Positions 1 through 13,673 are shown, numbered from the stretch's first letter. The stretch is DNA of 64,000 nucleotides from Haliotis rubra (GCF_003918875.1 NW_025766558.1:2976001-3040000); one strand, 5' to 3'. Made by a program: numbers and translations. The notes: a model not told the origin generated them from the sequence alone.

Positions 1-82
1 GTGCCTCACTTGTATGCACATGAAGTAATGGGCTCTTGCGACTAAGGCTCGTAACTCATTATGCATACTTTTTGTGTTCCAG

Positions 83-205
83 AATTAGAAACAGTGAAGA
101 AATGCACGCCCCTGTACGGACAACCTGATTGGTGGGGAGAGGAGGGGACAGATTCGTACCCATCAAAGCCCGGGTCCAAGAGGAGTTCTGTCCATGGGGA
201 TACAG
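83..205 (+). CDS. CEP170: CEP170-like protein, internal coding exon (first in window; the gene starts upstream)
   Basis: Acceptor tttttgtgttccag|, donor ACAG|gtagga, phase 1 to 1. Encodes ELETVKKCTPLYGQPDWWGEEG, matching the CEP170-family TPLYGQPxWWG motif that follows the FHA domain (recalled, not searched). Confidence 0.88.
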
Positions 206-1144
206 GTAGGACAACTGCACAATTCATGTTTGATTACCACTAAAAAATCATGGGGTAGCGTTTTGTATAGTTTCATGAATTGTCATGAGGCGTCTTCTGG
301 TCTAGGTGGATTGCTTCTGTATTTTGATAGGACTTTCACAAATTTTAAAATCTTTAAAAATGAGTTTCAACTGTTAGCATTCTTTTCGTGTCATGCATCT
401 TGTAGGAGTGATTCATTTAAGACAAAAGTCATACAATCTGTATTCTTTTTAGCTGAAACGCAATTTTAAGAAATTCATGAAATTATCAAAAGTTGTGCAT
501 CTTTTGCTTTCAGTGGGATTAGCACATGTAATAAACTCATTTTTGAAAATATTCTGAATATCAGTTCTGAGTATTGGTATTAGTTTGTAGCACTGATAAA
601 TGAACATGTACGTAGTGGTTGATTAAGAGCAGTGAATACGTTCATTTCTATGCTACTCAAAAGAAGGTGAAAACACCCAATTCTTTCCTTTCACTATAGT
701 TAATCTTCCATGCCATAATATGAAAGTTTTTAGTTGTAATTACATTTATGGCTAAATATTCTCGTAATTTGTCTTAGATGTACCTTATCATCCAACATAG
801 AAGTGTTTAGTGTTTGTCCTCCTGCTCTCTGCAACATCATAAATCTCACCAATATCACCCAGTATGTGTATATGAGATTTTATCTCCCAAGAAGCATGAT
901 AAAAGCAGTCCAGTCTAACATGTTGAACATTGTAGCCAGTGTCAGGGATATAATCTGGTACATAATCTGACTGCCCTGGTGTTTGGGTAACCTTCTCTCC
1001 CTGGGAGCTGTTTGCCTTCATCTGTTATTAGCCATTTCACAAGTGATTGCGTCTTCCAGTGATTGCCCCACCTCTCATGGTGTTGGTCCAGGGATCAGTG
1101 AGGGCTTTGTCAGGCCTCTCACCTGGACCTGTTTAGGTAGATAA

Positions 1145-1705
1145 CTCTTAGTCTGTCTCACAATCCCAGAACCGCAGTATTTGATCTTCCATCAAGCCTT
1201 TTCTGCAATGCTAAACCCCTAAATGAAGCAAGTCAAGATTTTCTCAGGTCCTGAATCTCCCATCTCACTGGGGCTGACAATATTGAACAAACTTTATGGA
1301 TTACAACTTCTTGATTTCACGATTACGTTGTCCAGCAGGAATGACAATGGTATAAGAATCTGTATCGAAACGTTGTACTCACAAAATAAGTTGTTATTCA
1401 TAAAGTTTGTTCAATGTTGTACGTCCCAACTTCTCTTTTGCCACACAAACAAGTCACTGAGGCATTTTTCAATTTAAAAGAAATTATTTGTTTCGATGAA
1501 AATTATATATATTCAGAGCTTAAGCTTCAGACTAAGCTTCTGTCTCTGTAACTTTCTGTCACGGTAAATGCTTTTGTGAATATGACCACTTCATAGTAGA
1601 CTGAACCTGAGAAAATCTAGCCTTGCTTCATTTTGGGCCTTTGCATTGCAGGGAGGGCTAGGTAGTAGGGAAAGTAATGTGGTTTAGGGACAGTGAGGCG
1701 GACTT
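1145..1705. mobile_element. Old foldback or MITE-like element with degenerate ~110-bp inverted arms
   Basis: 1150-1260 (ctaaatgaagcaagtcaagattttctcagg) is the reverse complement of 1603-1705 (cctgagaaaatctagccttgcttcattt). A related direct copy lies at about 9000-9200. Confidence 0.55.
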
Positions 1706-2079
1706 ACCTCATAGTTGCCACACTCAATTACTGCTGTGTACAGTTATCCAAATAATGGTTGTGGTGTGATTTATGGGGTGATAGTTGTTAGGGATGGATC
1801 TGATGAGGCTTGAGTGACCACTTCACCGTTGGTGCGCTGAAAATCCAAAAGTTGTTAGTGTGGTAATGTATTGGGTGATAGTTGTCAAGGGATGAACATG
1901 ATGAGGCTAAAGTTACCACTTGACAGTTGCAGTGCTTGTTGTAGTGATATATGGCTTGATAGTTATCCAGGGATCGGGGCTGCTGATGTTGTACATTGGA
2001 TGTAAGAGTGAAGTTCTAGATGCATTATTTTACTTATTGCACACTGCATACCTGGGGAAAACAGCATATTGAAACTGAC

Positions 2080-2466
2080 GCTGAAGGGGTCGTTGTCGGC
2101 ACAGGTACTACAGATACGTACCCCAGGTACGTTTCTGTATACAGATATGTACCCTAAACAAAGTCAAAATACAGAAACGTACCCGGTACCCTAAAAGGCG
2201 GACGAGTCCATATTCCGCAATCCAAAACCGAAACCGTATGTAGTTGTTCCTGTTCAACTGATTGCGAGTGGTGTTCATATGCATCGCGAAATATCCGTTA
2301 CTGTGTATTCTCATTACTTCCATAATGCAATCAAATGTATCTAATACAACAACATGACAGTTCCGATCAAGAATGGGAATGGAATCGTCCTAGGGTACGT
2401 TTCTGTATTCTCATTATGGCCAGGGTACATATCTGTAGTACCCGTGCCGACAACGACCCCTTCAGC
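2080..2466. mobile_element. Non-autonomous Mutator-like (MULE) MITE
   Basis: 44-bp TIRs GCTGAAGGGGTCGTTGTCGGCAC... with 2 mismatches, G...C termini, and a 9-bp TSD GAAACTGAC (2071-2079 and 2467-2475). Confidence 0.85.
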
Positions 2467-3035
2467 GAAACTGACAGAACTGATCTCTGTTCACTACGTA
2501 ATAAGGAAGTAATCACAAATGAAAATCTTCACATTTAAATTAGTTTCATTTTCCCTGTGCACTCACTATAACGAACGTAAATAAATATGACTTTGAAAGA
2601 ATCACATTTGCTTGATTTGGTGATTTTCTGCCGCAGTGCATAGAGTAGTTGAATGGTTACATTGCTTGTTCATTCCGCCAAATTCCTGGGTTCATTTCTC
2701 CATATGTTTGAAATGTGTGAATGGTATGGTTGTTCTGCCCAATGAAGATATCCATGCAATACTACTAAAAGCATCCCCCACTCAGTCCGTGAATACCTGG
2801 GTGCCAGCACCATCTGAGTGTACCATGGGATGATATAACCCCAGTAGCCATACCTTCCAGGCCTCTAGGGATGCTGGTGAGTGAGGGCTAGTGCTAATTG
2901 GTGTTTGATGATACAGCCAGGAAAGAAGGGCCAGCTTGTCTGGGCTGATGTAGGTCAGGGATGTGGTCCTTCCTGGAACCTTTGTCTGGAGGCAGCTGAC
3001 ATCTTGAGCAGTCATGCCTGGAATCTGTGTGGAGC

Positions 3036-3173
3036 TCACTGTTGATGCACATGATGGATTCAGTTGCTGATAGTGAGGCATGTGTGATGCAGAGCTGACA
3101 CTTGATGCACATGATGGATTCAGTTGCTGATAGTGAGGCATGTGTGATGTGGTGCTGACACTTGATGCACATG
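3036..3173. repeat. 60-bp tandem repeat (~2.3 copies)
   Basis: ttgatgcacatgatggattcagttgctgatagtgaggcatgtgtgatg repeated at 60-bp spacing. Confidence 0.85.
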
Positions 3174-4160
3174 ACATCGCCAACTGTTGCTGGTTGTTCA
3201 TGTTGAGTGTGGAAGCATCGGTTCATTATGGATTTTTGTGTTCTGTGGGATTTACAACTTCATGAAGTGATTTTGTAAGTATATCTCATTGTCCCGAACT
3301 TAATGCTACTTAAACATTAATAAGTCCATCGACATGTAAAGTCAATATATGAACATTTATAGTACGTGGTTATAGGAGCTGCAATTATCGGATTGATGTG
3401 GATGACTGTTAGCAGAGACCATATAATATTATATGGTCTCTGCTATTAGCAATATTGGTGTGACTATATGAGGTAGACATGTTGACCCAATATAATGAAC
3501 TCATTCATTTCTTAGTGTGAAATGGTCAGACTGAATAGGTTAGTGGGTAATATGTTCTTGGTTCATGAATGCATGAAGACTTCCTATTGGTTGTAGGGAG
3601 GTTGTATACGTAGTATATTAAGTTACTTGTACACGGAGTACAATTAGTATTGTTCAGTATTATTTTGTGGCCAATATCTCCATCAGTGTGAACTGGGTCA
3701 CAAGTCAACAGTGTATACTTGTGTCCATTGTCGGTTGTTGGTCCGGGATTGTCTGAAGCTGGAGTGGTTGGTATTGTACCAAAGGGAAGACATGGACGTA
3801 ATTGATACTTTTATGTGTAGTCGTAATAATGGTTTTGTGCACACACTTAATATCAGTTTGGGTTATATTGGAGTCTATTGTGTGATGACATTCACAACTG
3901 GGTCTTAGGTTTAATGACAGCCACATTTACACCAGGTATAGTTCGTCTCTGGTACATAATAAACCAATAAAGCAACTCAGCTGGTAACTATTGCAGATTC
4001 TGTTCAGACGCTCCTGCAATATTGTGTGCTCTTGTGTAAATGCAGTATCTTCATGTATGTAATATATACTTCCACCCATTACAGAAATAAGTCTCCCAAT
4101 TACTACCTAATTGCATGGTTACATCATGTGGATCAGCAAGCTATAGTGCTTCTTTATGTG

Positions 4161-4407
4161 GAGTGAGTGAGTGAGGTTTTACGCTGCAATAGAGATGGTT
4201 GGTTGGTTGCGTGCTTGCTTGCTTGTTTAACAGCACATTCAGCAATATTCCAGCTATAATGGAGTCTAGACCAGACAGTCCGGTGATCAACATCATGAGC
4301 ATATGATAACATGTGTCAGCCAAGTCAGCGAGCCAGACCACCTGATCCCATTAGTCACCTAATGGGGTTGCTTAAGATCAATTTTAAACCGGAAATTCAC
4401 AGGTCCA
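4161..4407 (-). mobile_element. SINE-like element, family 3 (degenerate)
   Basis: Minus-strand simple-repeat tail and cagcaatattccagcta 3' motif. The reverse complement resembles 53330-53550. Confidence 0.55.
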
Positions 4408-5156
4408 CAACAGAGATAAGTTAATGCTTTAATTCTCAAGGCTACTCCATCCCTCTGTCAGGTAGAGAAACTGGGACTTCGAAACTGAAAGTGAATGTGA
4501 TTATGTTCTGTTGATGACCTGGAGCTGTACTGAATCAGGCCTAGGCCTTCTCAATGGCAAGATATGGACGCAACTGACACTTTTATGTGTGAGTAATACC
4601 GGTAATGGTTTTATGAAACCCTTGGCCTCAGTTGGGGCTGTATTAGAATCTCTTGCGTGATGATGCTGTAAACAACAGAGTCCCTGGTTTAATGACAGGT
4701 GCTTGTTATCTCCCTAAACCAATTATGGCCTGCAAGTATGGTGACTAATCCATAGAGGCCTCCTTCCATTGATGACATTGATTGTAGGTCATCAGCCTAT
4801 GAAACATAGATCTGATTAGGCACACTCCAGTTTAGTGTTGTGTTGAGAGAGAATATGAAGAGCCAAGGTGAGAAGAGTGAGATGGTCGGACATTAGGTGA
4901 TACTGAGTGTTTACTCCTGTGATCTACTGACCCAGTTTGATAACAATGTTGTCTGTCACACTATTGTTCTAGATTCATCTGTTGTAGTTTGTGACTCGTT
5001 GATTGTTTTGGGTCATAGGTGACCCAGCCGACTATACAGAGTATATTAGCCTTGTATAATGCTAGTCCCTTTCCTTGTATGTTGGTTGTCTGGTAGTGGG
5101 TTACGATCTTGGATTTGTCCTCAGGATTCTTGGTTTGTTACCTAAACAAATTTTAG

Positions 5157-5504
5157 ACCGTGGTGTAGTGGTTAGAGCGTCCGCCCGGAGAGCGGAAGGT
5201 CGCGGGTTCGATCCTCGACCGCGTCATACCAAAAGACGTTAAAATATGGTACTTGTTGGTCCCTGCCTGGCTCTCGGCATTAATGGGTTACAACAAGGAC
5301 TGGTCGGCTCGGAGTCAGTATAATGTGTCTGAGTGGGGTATTCATGCTTCACTGCGGCATGGTATCTCAGTGGGCTAGCACTATAAAACCAGCTTAAGTC
5401 TGGGCTAGTACAAGCAGCCGCACCTACACATACACACGCATGCACGTCGTCATATGAGCGAAATATTCTCAAGCGCGACGTTAAACCCAATTTCACCTCA
5501 CCTC
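5157..5504 (+). mobile_element. tRNA-derived SINE, family 2 (~350 bp)
   Basis: A box TGGTGTAGTGG, B box GGTTCGATCC, (CACCT)n tail, and TSD ACCTAAACAAATTTTAG. Near-identical to the copies at 13319 and 52961. Confidence 0.9.
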
Positions 5505-5960
5505 ACCTAAACAAATTTTAGCGTGTTTCACCAATAGGTATTGTCTAAGACCTGCATCCATTTGCCTGTCCTGCCATGTTAATCTGACACTCGCTGATAA
5601 AACTGGCATATTGCTCACAGCAGAATAACACTCAAATCACTCCTTGTTTCATCAACAGAAACAATTCCATCTTCTCACTGGCTTGCTCACTCCCAACATC
5701 ACACACTCACTCAGTCATACATTGCTCTTAGATTATACAATGATGGTCCAAAACTGAAGTAAACCTTTTTAGTAGTCACTGAACTCTTGTTAAGGTTCAT
5801 ATTGATGTTTATGACTGTTGTCATGGGATGTGATCTTGAAAGCTTAGTATAACCATACAGCCAAGTAATATAAGAGCCACCATCCCATCTTCCTTAAGTC
5901 TGTTATAGTAGTGTCAATGTGTGTATGGTGTATCTGATTAAAGCAATTTCAAAGAAAATA

Positions 5961-6130
5961 GGGGCGGTGGGGTAGCCTAGTGGTTAAAGCGTTGGCTCGT
6001 CACGCCCAAGACCCGGGTTCGAATCCCCACATGGGTACATTGTGTGAAGCCCATTTCTGGTGTCCCCTGCCGTGATATTGCTGGAATATTGATTGCTAAA
6101 AGTGGCGTAAAACCAAACTCACTCACTCAC
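5961..6130 (+). mobile_element. tRNA-derived SINE, family 1 (~165 bp)
   Basis: A box TAGCCTAGTGG, B box GGTTCGAATCC, anticodon-like loop with GTC, (ACTC)n tail, and TSD TCAAAGAAAATA. Confidence 0.9.
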
Positions 6131-8137
6131 TCAAAGAAAATATATTCGCTATACTCATCCTTAACTTTAGAACAGACACAACCATATATCAGTTTCCTAA
6201 GTGTTACAATAAAGAATATTTTAAATTTGAGTTGATAAGCACAGTGTATCTTCTTCATGATCAGTTCGTTTCTTGTTTTGAGACCAACATCCTAAACTTT
6301 GTGTTTGGTCCTTGCAAAGGTTACGCATTATGTCATTCCCTCACAGAGTCATGTTTAGACTATGTGTAGATCTTTTATTAAAGCTCTACGTGGCCCAACA
6401 TTGGCAAGGCAATCACTACAATGCATGATACAGACAGCTATGTAGAAATCAATAGATATGGCAGGGTTCCAGTGATGGGAGTAGACCAGACAGTCTGTGA
6501 GCACATCACAGGAACCTGCCCACACCTTCTACCTTCCAGCAGCTGGGTTCTTGCTTGAGGAGGGAAGATAGGTCCTTGATCCTACTGTGAGCCTACAGGT
6601 ACATATGTCTCATAACTCCCTAGCTATGTCATATGACTGTCCTGTGTATCAATATAGCTCAGTGGTAAACTCCATGATCATCACTCTTGAATGTGAATGG
6701 CTGAAGTAGCAGATTGCCAGAATGAAAAATATAATACCGGTAAATATGTCTTATAGCTCCCTGGCTATGTTATATGACTGTACTGTGTGTCAGCATAAAC
6801 TCCGTGATCTTCATTCTTGAATATTATCATATCACATGCTTAGGAATTTTGGCTGAACAATCATATTTTGAAATGAATCCGCATTACCACAAATCCATTT
6901 CAGTGTGAATGGAATCTCTTTCTAAATTAAAATTCCTTTTTCCAATTGTTAAATTGATCTCACAGCAAGCCGCATTTCCCAATGAGATCTAAATGCTTCA
7001 TAAACCCTCATCAGCTAATAATTATTTCATTTAGAATTTAATTGACTGATGTGAATGTTCTGTCAAAGTGCTTTTTAGAATATTTAATTTTGCTTGTCAC
7101 TGGCACATTCATCTGAAAACTCAATCTGGAGTCTCGGACATCCAGAATTGACTCATCAGTTCTCGAACAGTTCACACTTGTCAAGATCCAACCCTGCAGT
7201 TAAATCAGCCAGTCCAATATTGCAAGATGTGGAAGTTGTTCCAGGGTTCAAGTAATTGCCCCTGTAATGCCAGGTCCCTGATTTTCCAAGATTACAGTTG
7301 CAGGCATTCCTGTAAATAGGTGCCGCACAGACGTATTACATGGCTCTGAAGAAAGCTATATGGAATTACATACATCTGATTATATAAACAGGTCCAGAGT
7401 AGATGCTGAATCTAGAATGGTTCATGTGGTGCTTGAGTGAGAGGATATTCTTGCTCAGCGATCAAATCATGAGAAGCCTGTTGGGATGCTTAAATGTTGC
7501 CGGAGAAAGAACACATTGAGCTGATGCTGGATGTTACACTCAGGGGTGTTTCATGTTGTCAATAACTCAGGTTACGAAGAATGAATGTCAATCAATAATT
7601 TTTATTTCTCATGTTTTTATTTTATTTTAACACTTTTATTCAATAAAGATGTAAAATGGAATTTTCTCCTGGTTGTAGAAGCTTCTGTGTCATGATGGTC
7701 AGGTCAGTATTGGTGTAGTTCTCAATGAACATACTTCCTTGTCTCACTGTGATCAGCTGATGTCAAGTGCTTGAAGGTTGGAGGTATGTCAGGTCTTAAT
7801 TAGATCCTGAGGTAGTTAATGGAAACAGAATTTATTCATCACTTGTTGCTGATTAAAATAGTAACAATTACGAGCAAGTGGAAGGAATTCTTCTGTTCTG
7901 AATAGCAGTGGCCCAATATTGTCTAAGGCCCTATGATTCACTGTAGAACCGAGTCCTCGGGCATGCCAGAAACTAATGTGTGTGGGTTCAAATCCCGGTT
8001 GGCTTCAGCTTTGTGTCTAGGTTTGTCAGCACCGACCTGTGTGAGTTCCAGAATGTGTTAAACATCCGAGACCTACAGTACTTCTGGCTGTCTGCTGCTA
8101 ATAATCTGACATGCTGTGATATGACTGGAATACTGTT

Positions 8138-8268
8138 NNNNNNNNNNNNNNNNNNNNNNNNNNNNNNNNNNNNNNNNNNNNNNNNNNNNNNNNNNNNNNN
8201 NNNNNNNNNNNNNNNNNNNNNNNNNNNNNNNNNNNNNNNNNNNNNNNNNNNNNNNNNNNNNNNNNNNN
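8138..8268. other. Assembly gap (131 N)
   Basis: Run of N. Confidence 1.
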
Positions 8269-8616
8269 ACTGGAAGCATTTCACAGAATATTCAGCTGGA
8301 AGACCAAGGAGAGCTAAATGACAACAGCTTGTCTTGGAACAACACTTCTGTAAAGTTAGGTGGGTGGGCTGCTTATCTCGTCTTTGGTGTGACAACATCA
8401 GAGAGTGTGTTGAAGGAGAAGAAAGGTGCTCCATGTCTGATGTTGCCCTGATACCAAACCCCGGAATCTATCATATATTATTCTAACCTGCAATGAAGCT
8501 GGTGTTTTGTAAGCTTTGTTGAGCAAAGGTACACTGTGGAAAGGCTGGTAGGTTTGTTGAAAACACCAGCAAGGGATCCAACAGTTCCAGGGTCAGTTGG
8601 TAAAATCACACATATA

Positions 8617-8768
8617 GTGAGTGAGTGAGTTGCTAGTTTTACATCGCTTTTAGCAATATTCCAGTAATATCAAGGCAGGGGTCACCAGAACTGGGCTTAA
8701 CACATTGTGCCTATGTGGGGAAACGAACCCGTGATGAGCGAATGCTTTAACCACTAGGCTACCGGCCC
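8617..8768 (-). mobile_element. SINE family 1, diverged copy
   Basis: gagtgagt tail; ttttagcaatattccag and aaccactaggctacc match the reverse complement of family 1. Confidence 0.75.
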
Positions 8769-11136
8769 CTCACACACACCCATCAATGAGTCTGTCAATT
8801 CCAGTCAAAATATGTCTGTCAAAGACTTATTGCAGACAATTTAAGACTTCATTGGTTGGTGTTTGCACAAAGTATTTCCCTCCTATTCCCTCCTAAAGCC
8901 CATAAAGCATATTTATTTATAAAACAAGCATTCCCTTTCTAGCTGTAGCAGCCTATCTTCATCCCCATTAAGTTCCAGAAATAAGGAGACTGGTGATTCC
9001 TTAGCACTCTGTCTCACAGTCCCTGAACCACATTAATTTCCCTACTGCCAAGCCCTCTCTGCAGTGCTAAAGCCCTAAATAAAGCAAGTCTAGATTTCCT
9101 CAGGTTCAATCTCTGGTCTCCCTGGGGCTCCTTTTCAATATAAATGGGTTTGTTTGTTACTATCAAAATTATATATATTCAGAGACTAAGCCTTAGTCTA
9201 GTGATTCCTTAACACTCAGGTTCTTCTCACAGTCAAGTGAACTCATGTTGTCCATCTGTCATTTACACTTCCGACATCTCGTATGACTATTTTCAAGGTA
9301 CCCTGCGATTATGTAAGATACATTTGATATGTTACCCATTTGACTAGCCAAACACTTGGTATTACATTTGTCAACTGCAGTTTGTGTCTTGCATTAATGA
9401 GGTAGCACATCATTCCCCCAGATATTTACTATAGTTTCTGAAGGAAATAGATGTAGGGACAGTAGCTCTGAGTTTGCTTTCTGCTGTCTGCTATCTGACC
9501 TAACTGTGGTATTTCCTAATGATTCAGATCAGAGCATGCTTGCATACCTGTAATGTAATTAGGTGTGAGGTAAGATGTCCACTGGGCCCTTGGGTGACAT
9601 GGGGTGATGGAGTCTCTTTGTTAGCGTATGGTCCTGAACCTTGAAGCTGGTGGACAACTTGTAATATCTACTGTAATTACTGACACAGATTGGGTATTTG
9701 CCACCCGTTTGGGTTTGTGGAGTTAGGTACTCCACAAAGCCAAACTGGTGGCAACTACACAATCTGAACTGTTACAGGACTGTTACAGGTCTGGTGGACT
9801 CGCCTCATGAATGTTACACATTGTATTGCCGTCATCTGTTTGAGGTATATAACAGACAACTGCCACTGGCTTGTAGATGTTGTTGGACAAACCCTACCAT
9901 GAAGTGCAGAACACTCATGAGTGGATAGACAGGTCGTGCCCTGCCGGTGAAGGTTGTGTTTGTATTGGTGATTGTCAGGTTACTGTTTGTCTAAAGGAGA
10001 AGCATAGTGATGGGACTCGCTGGGAATATGTGCTGCACTGAACACAGCAATTTAGTTAATTTTGATAGATACTGTTTCCCTATATAAATTAGAATTGGCT
10101 CCCTGGGGCTGCTGTTATATGTACAAACAAACAAGCAGTTGTTCAGGCCATTACTTTTTAAACCAATGGGATAAATGTGTGTTATTGTTTCTTGACAAGT
10201 ATATTGTGTTATGTTGATATATATATTATATCTGTGACTTGTATGAAACCTACAATACCACACCCTGTTTACTTCAACATTTAATAACAGTGTTATTCCA
10301 TAGTCAGCTATAACTGTATTTTATTCCATGATGCCGTGGTGTATGCATGTTAATATACTGCCATGATCACACCCCATGTATCAATGAATCAACCATTTAT
10401 TACAACCTGACATGCTGACAACAGTACAACGTTTACAGTCAACCTGAATAATGTGGAATGCCTTCTTTGATTATACAACTCATTGAATTTACGATTTAGA
10501 CTCCGAGCAATTCCTGACTGACTAGTATAGGTATGTATTGCTTATCTGTGTGGGTAAACATGAGGGTTGAAATACCTTGAGTGTGGGGACACACACCAGC
10601 TGATCAGTTGTCAGAGACACAGGTTATTATGGCAACTAGAGTCCAGTGGCTAGGTACCTGGTGGAACTGCCGTGTGATAACTCCAGCTCATTGCCTTATT
10701 TGGAAAAGGGTATTATAATCAGAATAGGTGAACATTTATCAGTTGCTATTATGTAATTTAGTATCATAGTAATTGCTTGATACACCAGAAGTGTTTATAT
10801 TTTAACAGTTGACTAATTTCAGTTTAATTATAATCTTTATTCTCTCTCTTTCATACCTTGTACCCCTACAAGACATCTACTTCAAGCTTTTTTCAGTGCC
10901 TATAACAAGAAATATGAGGCAATTTGTAAAAAAGACAAGTGATTTGTTTATTTTCTGAAGCAGCTTAGTCATAGTCTTACAACTGGAAAGGATAGAACTT
11001 TTACTTTATCTTAAATTTCATGATGTCTTTTAGCGGCATTTAGAAGTTGTTATAGATGACCAAGATATTTTATGGATTTAAGCTTCTATATTCTTTCCTA
11101 CTCCACACTGCACATGCGTGGGAAAGAATACATGTG

Positions 11137-11230
11137 TGGGGTAAAAGCGTTGGCGTCGCCATGAGTTGAATCCCCACATGCTTCTGAACTTTTCTGGTGT
11201 CCAAACCAAACTCAGTCAGTCAGTCAGTCA
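11137..11230 (+). mobile_element. SINE family 1, internally deleted copy
   Basis: aaagcgttggc...gaatccccacatg...tttctggtgtcc...aaaccaaactcagtcagtc. Confidence 0.65.
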
Positions 11231-12019
11231 TGTCCAAGTTCGTTACTTAGTAATAATTATTTTTATGAAAATACTGTGAAACTCGTTGAGATGTTCAGAT
11301 TATACATACATATGAAATGTCAAACAGGGAAGCTATGTTAAGGCAGTTTCTACTATTTTTCTACTAATGAGTAAAGCTTGTCACAGTTCACCTAGCAGCA
11401 TGACTGTGGAATGTGTGTATTTATTTTAAACCCAAACCAATCCATGTTATAACAGCACAAGCCTTGGCTGCTCTGAAAAAAAGGCGAGAAGTGTATTGTG
11501 TGATATAAGATTTCATTGACTATATGTCAGCCTAGTCACATACCTGCAAGTGGTATGTTCCCGGTGTTATACACTCCCCATTCACCTGAACCAATGCAAT
11601 AGGTATTGTTAACTCCTGGTGGCTGCACACTGCAGTATTGTGGGGAGAAGCCTGGCACCAGGCCAGCTGTATTGAGAGTGTTCTAGTGGTGTACTTGAGT
11701 GGTGGAATACCTCTGTCTTCACATTTACCTCTGCTGTAATGCTTGGAGAATGTAGTACTGCGGTAGGGAATTCACAGTCCCATGTTGGAGATAGTCAGGT
11801 GTAGCTGCAGTGTGAGATGGAGGGCTGTAGGGTGATGTTGTAGTGGATGTTGACAATGGCGTATAAACCTTCATATACTCCATGATGGACGCCGCTGACA
11901 TAGGTGGCTTGACAGTACCACTAACAGGTGAGGGCAAACATACTTTGTTTGGATCAGGACAGGTATGCCCACATTTGATACATTCATTGTTGATGTATGG
12001 TGCATGTGTTATTAACAAA

Positions 12020-12295
12020 TGGAGTGCCTACATTGTTGGTAATTGATACAGGTGTATACATACATGGTGTATCTACATCTTTGGTCATTAATACAGGTGC
12101 TATATCTACATAATGTACCTAGATCATTGGTCATTAATGCAGGTGTATACATACATGGTGTACCTACATTGTTTGTCATTAATACAGGTGTTATATCTAC
12201 ATAATGTACCTAGATCATTGGTCATTAATGCAGGTGTATACATACATGGTGTACCTACATTATTGGTCATTAATACAGGTGTTACACATATATGG
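12020..12295. repeat. Degenerate tandem repeat (~95-bp dimer of ~47-bp units)
   Basis: Repeated ggtcattaat(a/g)caggtg...tacatacatggtgtacctacat. Confidence 0.75.
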
Positions 12296-12747
12296 TGTGA
12301 AGTATACGTGTGCTACAGAACTTGTCAGGTGTAATAACGAGTACAGGTAGGGCCTTGCTACATTTGTACACACCTGTCTTAACGATGTCAGGTGATATTA
12401 CATGACCCACAGGGAAATGTTCTGTTGAGACTGAAATAGTTTAATTGATAGATATGTGTTTGGTGATTTACTATGATGGAGCAATATAGGTGACAACTGA
12501 CAGGTGTGTGGGTTACTATCAATAAAGATGACGTATGACATACTTCTGTACATATATTTATGCCTTCTCATGCTTGAGAATATCCTGAGAGTATCAACTG
12601 TGTTATCAAACATGAAAATGCAATTACAGTTGAGTGTTTGTATAGCAGTGATTCACCCAGGCCATATGACCAAACAGACTGGACACATCACATGGATGCT
12701 TATGGCAACATGAAGTGATGCTCTTCAGTCAGTTTGGGGCAGAAGTT

Positions 12748-13117
12748 ATAGCAAGTCTGGGTACAATATCAATAGTTATAACATGCCTGGAGTAGTACAT
12801 CAATGGTTGTAGCAAGTCTGGGTACAATATCAATAGTTATAACATGCCTGGAGTAGTACATCAATGGTTGTAGCAAGTCTGGGTACAATATCAATAGTTA
12901 TAACATGCCTGGAGTAGTACATCAATGGTTGTAGCAAGTCTGGGTACAATATCAATAGTTATAACATGCCTGGAGTAGTACATCAATGGTTGTAGCAAGT
13001 CTGGGTACAATATCAATAGTTATAACATGCCTGGAGTAGTACATCAATGGTTGTAGCAAGTCTGGGTACAATATCAGTAGTTATAACATGCCTGGAGTAG
13101 TACATCAATGATTGTAG
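12748..13117. repeat. 61-bp minisatellite, 6 copies (30+31-bp subunits)
   Basis: gcaagtctgggtacaatatcaatagttataacatgcctggagtagtacatcaatggttgta at 12751, 12812, 12873 and onward. Confidence 0.95.
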
Positions 13118-13318
13118 CTAGTACGAAAAAAGGTTGTAAAATGTGCGGTTGTGCAAGTAGTAGTAAGGTATAGGTGTCGTGTGCTAGTGAAAGGTAAAGT
13201 TATAACATCCCTGTTATATAATGTCAATAGTTTATAACATGGCTGTGGTTTAAGATGGACTGTCATACCAAGGTTTAGGTACATAATGAAAGGTTATAAT
13301 ATGCTGGAATATATTAGT

Positions 13319-13673
13319 GAGGTGAGGTGAAATTGGGTTTATCATCGCGCTTGAGAATATTTCGCTCATATGACGACGTGCATAGCGTGTGTATGTGTAT
13401 GTGCGGCTGCTTGTACTAGCCCAGACTGAAGCTAGTTTTATAGTGCTTGCCCACTGAGATACCATGCCGCAGTGAAGCATGAATACCCCACTCAGACACA
13501 TCATACTGACTCCGAGCCGACCAGTCCTTGTTGTAACCATTAATGCCGAGCGCCAGGCAGGGACCAACAAGTACCATATTTTAACGTCTTTTGGTATGAT
13601 GCGGTCGGGGATCGAAAACGCAACCTTCCGCTCTCCGGGCGGACGCTCTAACCACTACACCACGGAGGCGGTT
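13319..13673 (-). mobile_element. tRNA-derived SINE, family 2
   Basis: Reverse complement of the 5157 copy; TSD GAATATATTAGT. Confidence 0.9.

Noticed and set aside
2782-3226. Minus-strand 139-aa and 110-aa ORFs
   Set aside because: Driven by a 60-bp tandem repeat; both frames are open and neither has a recognisable domain.
5961-6036. tRNA-Asp(GTC)-like gene (also the tRNA-like heads at 5157, 31245, 37025, 43423 and 52961)
   Set aside because: No proper acceptor stem. Each is followed by a shared body, simple-repeat tail and TSDs, so these are SINE heads.
10623-10636. RFX X-box-like GTTATTATGGCAAC
   Set aside because: Imperfect match, far from any supported TSS, and expected by chance in 64 kb.
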